This document shows, piece by piece, positions 44,949 to 51,658 of a DNA stretch of 51,658 bases. The position numbers and the translations under genes were made by a program. The DNA comes from a virus (Duplodnaviria > Heunggongvirae > Uroviricota > Caudoviricetes). Location of the stretch: IMG/VR virus record IMGVR_UViG_3300035698_009402, positions 1 through 51,658 of that record; one strand, 5' to 3'. Each line of letters begins with the position of its first letter. The first letter of the stretch is position 1. Below the pieces are notes generated by a model. The model was given only the letters and a program-made list of their open reading frames with translations, searched no databases and was not told the origin of the DNA.

Positions 44949-46688
44949 TTAAGGCACTAGTCCTTTTAAAATTTTAGATTTTTCTGTCCAGTAATCTAAA
45001 ATAGGAATATTGTAACTAAGTGCTTTTTTACACTTGGTTGAATCTCCCGGTCCCGCATTAATTAGGTAGTCGCAGGATTTAGTAAGACTGATAGATACTT
45101 TAATTCCATAACTATTTAAAGTATCTTCTAAGTCTTGTTTAGTCATATCCATTTTCCCAGTTATACAAACTGTTATTTGCTTACTGGTAGGAACAGAAAT
45201 ATTACTTGTCTCTTCTTTCAAGTTTATAGGAAGATTATATACCCATTCTTGATTGATAAGCAACCAGTTTAAAATATTATTAACTGTTTTGGGGCCAATT
45301 CCTTTTATACTAATTTCCCCTATCTCGGATAAATTTTTAAAATCAGGTATCTTATTTACTATTAATTTAGCTGTAGACAACCCTACTCCTTGAATACCGA
45401 GACTAGATAACACCACATGATATGGCTTAGTTTTAGTAATTTCTACTTGTTGTTTTATTTTTGAACCATTAACCCCTAATAATTCCCAATCTCTATAATT
45501 ATATATATCGGAAATACTAGTAAATTTTACTTTATCTAAAGTAGCTGGTCCTAAATGTTTAATTCCCATACACTTTATGAAGTATTCAACTGTTTTTCTT
45601 CCATGTATTTCGTTATTATACTCTGTAACTAATCTAATACCGTTTTCCAGTTTTGTAGTCATTCCTATTTCTTTTTCTACATCTTCTTTAGTGATAGAAG
45701 AAGCATGTTCGTTATCTACTACCTTAGAAACGAATTTAGGAATAACACTACCAGCTCTTTCTATTTCAATAACATCTCCAGGTTTAATATTGTTTAGTTT
45801 AACCATACCAAAATTATGAAGAGTTACTCTACTTATGGTAGCTTCTTCTATTACTACTGGGTCAATATTAGCTACAGGAGTAACTGCCCCTGTTCTACCT
45901 ATAGTCCAATCAATACTTTGAATAGTAGAGACGGCTGTTTCAGTTTCTCTAGTTTTTAAAGCTACTGCAAATTTAGGATATTTACTAGTATATCCTAAAG
46001 AAGTTTGTAACTTATAATTATCTACTCTATATACTAACCCATCTGTAGGATAATTTTTTGTCATGTTTAATACAGTAGTAAAACCCATATTACTAAGAAT
46101 TTCCATTCTTTTAGTATAGTCTAATTTTATATTCAACCAATCGTGGGCTATAAAAACTATTTTTCTAGTCTTAAATTCGTTTTCATCCTTTAACCCTAAT
46201 GCACCTGATACATAATTTCTAAAATTAGTAACATCATTATCTGTTACACATTCACCTACTATTACTGCATCATAATTTTCATCAATTTTCTTAGGTATAT
46301 TACTGATATGTCTTGCTAGATAAGTTACGTCATCCCCATATTCCCCGTTACCTCTAGTTAGGGCTAACCTTAGTTTTCCTTTATCAAAAGATAAACATAG
46401 ATTAGCACCATCTATTTTAGGAGTACATACAGTGAAGTTATCAGCAACTTCAGAACTATTATACACTTTGTTAAGAGAATATAAAGGTAATACGTGTTTA
46501 ACCTTGCCACGTAAGTGGCCTACCTTAAGAGTAGGTGAATTACTGTCTTTCCAGTTTTGACTAGTCTCAAAAGATACTAATGCATCATATAATCTATCAT
46601 ATTCTTCATCTGTGATTTTAGGATTATTTAAGTCATAATACTTATTATTATGATATTTTATAGTATCCATTAATTCTTGATAGTTCAT
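44949..46688 (-). CDS. ligA: NAD-dependent DNA ligase (single polypeptide, C-terminal BRCT)
   Basis: YHNNKYY...ITDEEYD (domain Ia), PKIDG (KxDG), DGLVYR, GRTG, RAGSVIP, CITGK BRCT. Confidence 0.93.
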   Translation of the reverse strand: MNYQELMDTIKYHNNKYYDLNNPKITDEEYDRLYDALVSFETSQNWKDSNSPTLKVGHLRGKVKHVLPLYSLNKVYNSSEVADNFTVCTPKIDGANLCLSFDKGKLRLALTRGNGEYGDDVTYLARHISNIPKKIDENYDAVIVGECVTDNDVTNFRNYVSGALGLKDENEFKTRKIVFIAHDWLNIKLDYTKRMEILSNMGFTTVLNMTKNYPTDGLVYRVDNYKLQTSLGYTSKYPKFAVALKTRETETAVSTIQSIDWTIGRTGAVTPVANIDPVVIEEATISRVTLHNFGMVKLNNIKPGDVIEIERAGSVIPKFVSKVVDNEHASSITKEDVEKEIGMTTKLENGIRLVTEYNNEIHGRKTVEYFIKCMGIKHLGPATLDKVKFTSISDIYNYRDWELLGVNGSKIKQQVEITKTKPYHVVLSSLGIQGVGLSTAKLIVNKIPDFKNLSEIGEISIKGIGPKTVNNILNWLLINQEWVYNLPINLKEETSNISVPTSKQITVCITGKMDMTKQDLEDTLNSYGIKVSISLTKSCDYLINAGPGDSTKCKKALSYNIPILDYWTEKSKILKGLVP

Positions 46689-46700
46689 TTATAGCCTCTT

Positions 46701-47237
46701 CTATTTTTGAGATTCTATTATAGAATGTAAAGTATTATAAAGTATAGGCAAAGTATAGTTATTGTCTATAATATAATCCCAATTGTTCCAATTATCTAAA
46801 GCAGTTTCTGATTCGTGAGTACTATCTCTAGTATGTTCTAAAGATGTATTATCTCGTACAATTTTTATCAAAATTCCATTATTGTCTAAAATTTTGTTCG
46901 CTTCATTTTCAAATCTTACATCAGAAATGACCCACTGGCAAGAAGTTTTATAATTTGAAAAAAGACCAAGGACCCAAGCATCTTGATGTAAATTGTTTCT
47001 CATAACCTCAGTTCCTAGTTTTTGTTGAAACTGTCCTATAGTCATTCCCCAATTAGGTAGATATTTATTTTTGCCATCTTGGCTATAACAATCTTCTATA
47101 TCACACCCCGTCATCATATGTGTTATAGTTTTTAATTTAGTAGCAAATTTCTTATTGTCAAATCCATACTTATCTACTAAATAATCTGCTGCAGTATCTT
47201 TACCAGACCTTATTTTACCGTGTATTCCTATTAACAA
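46701..47237 (-). CDS. Deoxynucleoside monophosphate kinase
   Basis: GKIRSGKDT, QKLGTEVMR, VISDVRFENE, HESE. Confidence 0.88.
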   Translation of the reverse strand: MLIGIHGKIRSGKDTAADYLVDKYGFDNKKFATKLKTITHMMTGCDIEDCYSQDGKNKYLPNWGMTIGQFQQKLGTEVMRNNLHQDAWVLGLFSNYKTSCQWVISDVRFENEANKILDNNGILIKIVRDNTSLEHTRDSTHESETALDNWNNWDYIIDNNYTLPILYNTLHSIIESQK

Positions 47238-47254
47238 TTATTCTTCCTTTCTTG

Positions 47255-47563
47255 TTAACCTTTTTCATCTTCTTGTACCCATTCCCATAATAATTTAACG
47301 TTCTCTTTTTTGTTTAAATTTTCAGTTAAAAATCTAATACCACAATACTCTTCTATATCTCTAACCATCTGTTTAACAGTAGGTTCTCTATATTTTTCTT
47401 TAGGTAGATCATAAACTCCTAAACTAACTAATTTTCCTATAACATTTCTATGTCCTGTTTTAAGGATATCTGCCAATTTAAATACGTTTTTCTCTTTTTC
47501 ATATAAGTTTACTAATTTCTTAGTATCTCTATCTTCCCACGTCATTCTATTCTCCAAAATCAA
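47255..47563 (-). CDS. Hypothetical HTH-like protein (102 aa)
   Basis: W...DT..LV.LY...LA..L....R.VIGKL.SLGVY pattern. Confidence 0.55.
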   Translation of the reverse strand: MILENRMTWEDRDTKKLVNLYEKEKNVFKLADILKTGHRNVIGKLVSLGVYDLPKEKYREPTVKQMVRDIEEYCGIRFLTENLNKKENVKLLWEWVQEDEKG

Positions 47564-47816
47564 AAGATAATTGATCTAAATCTTTTGAATAATAATGTCC
47601 TAAAAATTTGCTAACATTTTCCAGTTTAGCAATGACATCATCTAAGTAAGCTCCTTGAATAGCGTATCCGGACTTTGTAGGAAACATTACTCCATTATCT
47701 CCATCTAGATTGTATTCTCTTATATGTATATACATACTACCCCGAAACTCACTTGCAGTTACTTTTACTCCAGTACCTAATCTTTTACTATATGCTATTC
47801 CAAAATCTTTTTCCAT
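47547..47816 (-). CDS. PC4/Sub1-like ssDNA-binding protein
   Basis: VTASEFRGSMYIHIREY...FPTKSGYAI PC4-like signature. Confidence 0.75.
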   Translation of the reverse strand: MEKDFGIAYSKRLGTGVKVTASEFRGSMYIHIREYNLDGDNGVMFPTKSGYAIQGAYLDDVIAKLENVSKFLGHYYSKDLDQLSFDFGE

Positions 47817-48133
47817 TAACTAAAGCTACTTCCACAACCACAAGTATTAACAGCCTTTGAATTACTAATTTGTATAGATTTATATATCTCGTTCCCTGTA
47901 TAATCAATTATACAATCTTTTAAAAAAGATAAGCTACTTTCATCAGTAATAATTTTTAAAGATTCGTCAATGAATATATAATCTTCTAATTCATCTACTA
48001 AAGAAAATTTATACTGAAATCCGGCGCAACCTCCGGTTACTACTTCTATGTTCATATATTGGTTTAATTCTAAACTAGATATATAAATTTTAAATTTACT
48101 AGTTAATTTAGGTAATAACATTTCTTCTGACAT
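47816..48133 (-). CDS. iscA: HesB/IscA A-type Fe-S cluster carrier
   Basis: GGCAGFQY and CGCGSSFS: all three conserved Cys present. Confidence 0.9.
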   Translation of the reverse strand: MSEEMLLPKLTSKFKIYISSLELNQYMNIEVVTGGCAGFQYKFSLVDELEDYIFIDESLKIITDESSLSFLKDCIIDYTGNEIYKSIQISNSKAVNTCGCGSSFS

Positions 48134-49253
48134 TATTAAATCCTTTTATAGTTCTTAAATTATCTTCTAATATCTTAGTAGCATCTTCCCAACTATTTAC
48201 TTTAGTATTTAACTGCTTAGTTTTTAATATATTTTTTCGCTCTATGCCGTCATATAGATAAAACATCTGATTAGCCATATCTTCTTGGCTAGGTTCAAAA
48301 ATAGTGGCGTGACTGTGCATTGGTGACATACTATCCCCAGGTCTACTAGCCATAACATTAGGGTTGGATAAATCTACTAATCCTAAAGATCCTTCTAATA
48401 AATAACCATTATCCTCTGTTACAAAATCTTGTGTAGATCCCAATTTTGAAACCATAGGTACTGCTCCACATGCCATAGCTTCTTGTATATGCATACCAAA
48501 ACCTTCACCTCTATAAGGGTGAATTAATATATCGGTTTTTTTAAATAAATCAGCCATTTCTAATTCAGATAAATTATCATCTATGTACAGTATTTTAGCG
48601 CAATCTGTATGATATTGGATTTTTATAATATCATCTAATAACTTAGTATGCCCATACACATTAGGATTATCTTTTATTACTAATTTTACTTTACTAGCTT
48701 TTTTAAATATTTTAGGCCATACTCTTAATAGTAAGTCTATACCTTTTCTATATTGTGCATTACCAACAAAAGTAAAAGTAAATTCATTATTATCTACTCT
48801 ACCATCTGTATTATATATACTCTTATCAACACCTAAAGGTACTGTTGCTACTCTTTTAGGGTTTAATCCGGCCTGCATATATACATTACTACACCAATTA
48901 CTTGGAGTTATTAAAGCATCGGCAAAAGTATCAAATTTATACTGCCATTCAGTAGGTATTTTAGTAAATTCCCAAGGCTGCATATAAACTATCTTAGTAG
49001 TATCGTTGTCAGGATACATCCAATTAGGTGGGTAAGTATGTCTTATCTGTATATCTGGTACTGATATATAAGGGTCATCTCTAAGTTTAAATAAAGCATT
49101 CACTATTTCTGTATCTAATTTAGCTTCATGAGAAAATTCATCTAAACAAGTTATTTTTACGTTATTATTTTTTGACAACTCTAAAGCTGTATATCTATTT
49201 ACTTTTGATAAACTATGATTATCAAAAAACTTACCTACTATTTCTATATTCAT
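48108..49253 (-). CDS. GT4 (GT-B fold) glycosyltransferase
   Basis: RKGIDLL and HPYRGEGFGMHIQEAMACG (Ex7E motif). Confidence 0.85.
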   Translation of the reverse strand: MNIEIVGKFFDNHSLSKVNRYTALELSKNNNVKITCLDEFSHEAKLDTEIVNALFKLRDDPYISVPDIQIRHTYPPNWMYPDNDTTKIVYMQPWEFTKIPTEWQYKFDTFADALITPSNWCSNVYMQAGLNPKRVATVPLGVDKSIYNTDGRVDNNEFTFTFVGNAQYRKGIDLLLRVWPKIFKKASKVKLVIKDNPNVYGHTKLLDDIIKIQYHTDCAKILYIDDNLSELEMADLFKKTDILIHPYRGEGFGMHIQEAMACGAVPMVSKLGSTQDFVTEDNGYLLEGSLGLVDLSNPNVMASRPGDSMSPMHSHATIFEPSQEDMANQMFYLYDGIERKNILKTKQLNTKVNSWEDATKILEDNLRTIKGFNNVRRNVIT

Positions 49254-50071
49254 TAATATGCTCTCTTTACGTGACTATCTAACCACTTAGGTAATTCCTT
49301 AGTAGGAATTTTAACTAACCTATTCCATTGATTTTCACCATATCCAGAAGTTTTAAAGTTTCTCAACGATTGGTAATTATCTAATGTAATACTTTTCCAT
49401 ACATTAAAAAATGGATCTTCTTTAGTTTTATCGCTATGTCCAAAGTTGCGAAGTTTTAAATCTAAATCGGTATCTTCTCTGCAGAAACTCCAATGTAGTA
49501 TACATAAAGGGCTTAATAGTTGTTTTTCTGTGTCAGTCCATCTGCAATAGGTATAGTTACTATTTTTATTAGTGGAAAATCCTTGTATATCTCCCATAAA
49601 AGGGCTTCCATCTTCATTAGCTATTACTAAAGTATCTTCTTCAAACTGCTTGTAGGGAAGTATCCATTTAAATAATAAATCTCTATTTATATAATCAGAA
49701 TATATAGGAATGTACTTAGTAAAAAATTCTTTAGCATTAACCAACTCTTCATCAGCATCAAAACTCATAATAATTTCATTATTACAATATGTTTTTAATA
49801 AATTTCTCTCATAATTATCATTATCTAAAGGTACAGAAAATTTATGAAAGTCATCTTCTACTATGATTATCTTTCTATCAGTGTCTAACATCTGCAATTT
49901 GTTCATAATATAATTTTCATCAAAGGAAAACTTATTACCACTCCAACTTATTCTATCTTTATCTAACCCTATTATTATTTCGTCTACATAACTATAATAC
50001 GACAATACGCTGTTAATCATATATATAGCATCATAGCTAAGTAAAGTTATTACACTTATTTTTTTACGCAT
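49253..50071 (-). CDS. GT2-like (GT-A fold) glycosyltransferase
   Basis: YVDEIIIG, ERN, MSFDADEE (DxD) motifs. Confidence 0.7.
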   Translation of the reverse strand: MRKKISVITLLSYDAIYMINSVLSYYSYVDEIIIGLDKDRISWSGNKFSFDENYIMNKLQMLDTDRKIIIVEDDFHKFSVPLDNDNYERNLLKTYCNNEIIMSFDADEELVNAKEFFTKYIPIYSDYINRDLLFKWILPYKQFEEDTLVIANEDGSPFMGDIQGFSTNKNSNYTYCRWTDTEKQLLSPLCILHWSFCREDTDLDLKLRNFGHSDKTKEDPFFNVWKSITLDNYQSLRNFKTSGYGENQWNRLVKIPTKELPKWLDSHVKRAY

Positions 50072-50079
50072 AGTATCTA

Positions 50080-50838
50080 TTATTTCCCCTTAACTTTTTT
50101 ACTTATAACATATAATCCTACGCCTGTATACCATCCATTATCATTTCTTCCTTGTTCTCTAAGAAAATTAGTATGCTTTACATCTATATCAGGTAATTTA
50201 TGTATAACTTCATTTATCATATCAAAGTTACTTTGCTTATTTATATTAGCAATACTTAATATAAAATTATCCTGACAACTATCAATAACTTTCTTTAATA
50301 AATTGGAATAATCAAATCTATTAAGGGCGGATTTAGTTTTAACACCGTTTTCAGATTTTATTGATATAGGGGTTATAGGATCTAAATCTATATTTACTAA
50401 ATTATTTTGATTAAATATATTAGAAAAAGAAGTAATGGTATCTAATACATCTAATTTAACTATTTTAACTTTATTAAGTAGCGAATATCTCTCCAAGTTA
50501 TCGTGAATTGAATTTTCTACATCAGGCCAACCTTCTTCTCTCCATCTAGGACTTCTGTAAGGGTTATAGGTAAAATTATCAATACCTACACAACTATTAC
50601 ATTTTGAAAGTCCTACTGGAATTATTGTACCACCTCTAAAAACACCTAATTCTAAATAATTAACGTCTCTAAAGTTTGCTAAATTACTGTGTAGTATTTT
50701 GTTTCTCATATTAGTAAAAGCAAATAGTTCTAGACAAGGTAAGGGTAGAAATGTTTTATTCTTAGTGGTAAGTGCTACACTATCTTCAACTCTTTTTATT
50801 AATATTGTATCGACTATTTTGGCCATATTTTTCTCCAT
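50080..50838 (-). CDS. Class I SAM-dependent methyltransferase
   Basis: YLELGVFRGGT (motif I) and VGIDNF. Confidence 0.7.
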   Translation of the reverse strand: MEKNMAKIVDTILIKRVEDSVALTTKNKTFLPLPCLELFAFTNMRNKILHSNLANFRDVNYLELGVFRGGTIIPVGLSKCNSCVGIDNFTYNPYRSPRWREEGWPDVENSIHDNLERYSLLNKVKIVKLDVLDTITSFSNIFNQNNLVNIDLDPITPISIKSENGVKTKSALNRFDYSNLLKKVIDSCQDNFILSIANINKQSNFDMINEVIHKLPDIDVKHTNFLREQGRNDNGWYTGVGLYVISKKVKGK

Positions 50839-51053
50839 GTGTATTTGCTATATTTTACTAATAAATGTATTACTACTAACAGTAGTGTAATAGGTATTAA
50901 TAATATTGTTATAGCAAATATACATAATCCTAAAAAACATATAAATACAAATATTAAAAAAGTATCTATTAAATTTGTCTTTTTATTAGGTTTAACGTCT
51001 ATGTTTTCTAAAACCTGTCTCAGCTCAGAATCATCCATAGTATTCACTACCAA
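50814..51053 (-). CDS. Small membrane protein (79 aa)
   Basis: Long hydrophobic stretch; co-oriented and overlapping both neighbours. Confidence 0.55.
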   Translation of the reverse strand: MVVNTMDDSELRQVLENIDVKPNKKTNLIDTFLIFVFICFLGLCIFAITILLIPITLLLVVIHLLVKYSKYTWRKIWPK

Positions 51054-51658
51054 ACTACCTTTCTATTTACGTAATATTTGCAAATATTTTTTATTTCTTT
51101 ATTAAAATTCATTTGTTCCTGCCATCCGTATTTTCTTAATAGTTTATCGTCTAAGGAATACCGGATATCTTGACCAGGACGATTGTAATTACAGTTTACA
51201 TAATTTTCTATACAATCAGAATTTTTGATATTCTTTATAATACTACTAACCACTTGATTATTACTTAGTTCATAATTACTAGATATGTTATATATAGTGT
51301 TAATAGGCAAACTATTATTAATTATAAATAAAACAGCAGAAATACAATCATCTACATGTAACCAAGTTCTTACAGGAGTCCCGTTATTATGTAAAGGTAT
51401 TTTTTTACCTCTTAATAAACACTCAATACTATAAGGTATTAATTTTTCTATATATTGTCTTATTCCATAATTATTAGTAGGTCTTACTATTATATAATTT
51501 AAATTATAAGTTCTAGCCCAGCTTTGTATTAGTAAATCGGCAGAAGCTTTACTTGCAGCATAAGGATTACTAGGCTTCAAAATACTACTTTCATTATGGC
51601 TTCCAATATCTATATCACCATACACTTCATCAGTACTAAAATGTACAAACAAAGGAGG
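51047..51658 (-). CDS. rmlB: dTDP-glucose 4,6-dehydratase-like NAD-dependent SDR (5'-truncated)
   Basis: HFSTDEVYG, PYAASK (YxxxK), RPTNNYG, EKLIP, RTWLHVDD, RPGQDIRY; frame open to the window edge. Confidence 0.85.
   Translation of the reverse strand, partial: PPLFVHFSTDEVYGDIDIGSHNESSILKPSNPYAASKASADLLIQSWARTYNLNYIIVRPTNNYGIRQYIEKLIPYSIECLLRGKKIPLHNNGTPVRTWLHVDDCISAVLFIINNSLPINTIYNISSNYELSNNQVVSSIIKNIKNSDCIENYVNCNYNRPGQDIRYSLDDKLLRKYGWQEQMNFNKEIKNICKYYVNRKVVW

Noticed and set aside
859-51105. Antisense or alternate-frame track ORFs (e.g. 859..1044, 1025..1264, 3065..3316, 5723..5968, 8199..8387, 12485..12760, 15488..15736, 15901..16140, 20183..20368, 23959..24147, 30891..31109, 32483..32701, 35783..36007, 37625..37960, 45577..45819, 50699..50890, 50839..51105)
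   Set aside because: All are nested in or opposite well-supported genes, with no RBS or motifs; shadow ORFs.
1-51658. Stop-codon reassignment (alternative genetic code)
   Set aside because: Long genes are intact under the standard code, and TAG terminates conserved genes (thyX, nrdJ) at their expected ends.
1-51658. tRNA genes, CRISPR arrays, introns, integrase or IS elements
   Set aside because: No cloverleaf, regularly spaced repeat or recombinase/transposase motif seen; pol and nrdJ are uninterrupted.

Overview
AT-rich (roughly 30% GC by eye) segment of a large tailed phage genome in the standard genetic code, with two convergent arms that meet at a bidirectional terminator at ~23.25 kb. 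The + arm (1-22.6 kb) is a siphovirus tail module. It runs: tape-measure C-terminus, distal-tail/gpM-like, gpL-like with four C-terminal Cys, two NlpC/P60 proteins, a JAB protease, two gpI-like ubiquitin-fold paralogs, a gpJ-like central tail protein split into two genes with an N-terminal Hint (intein-like) domain, tail fibres, and two large paralogous putative receptor-binding proteins (DUF285/BspA-like repeats vs ~15 beta-propeller repeats). The - arm (23.3-51.7 kb) follows the T5 (Demerecviridae-like) replication gene order: ligase, D5, helicase, primase, Pol A, D10-D15, dUTPase. Interspersed are accessory genes: class II RNR with glutaredoxin, ThyX, an RlmN-like radical SAM protein, IscA/HesB, dNMP kinase, PC4-like protein, three glycosyltransferase-like genes, a methyltransferase and an RmlB-like dehydratase. 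The strongest leads are the duplicated Ubl/JAB/NlpC/Hint tail-tip processing module, two nucleotide-sanitising genes (MazG-like, Nudix) each split by a 1-nt frameshift that the ORF track misses, an RlmN-like enzyme lacking the resolving Cys, and DNA identity blocks between the two receptor-binding paralogs. All family assignments come from motifs recognised by eye; no database searches were run.
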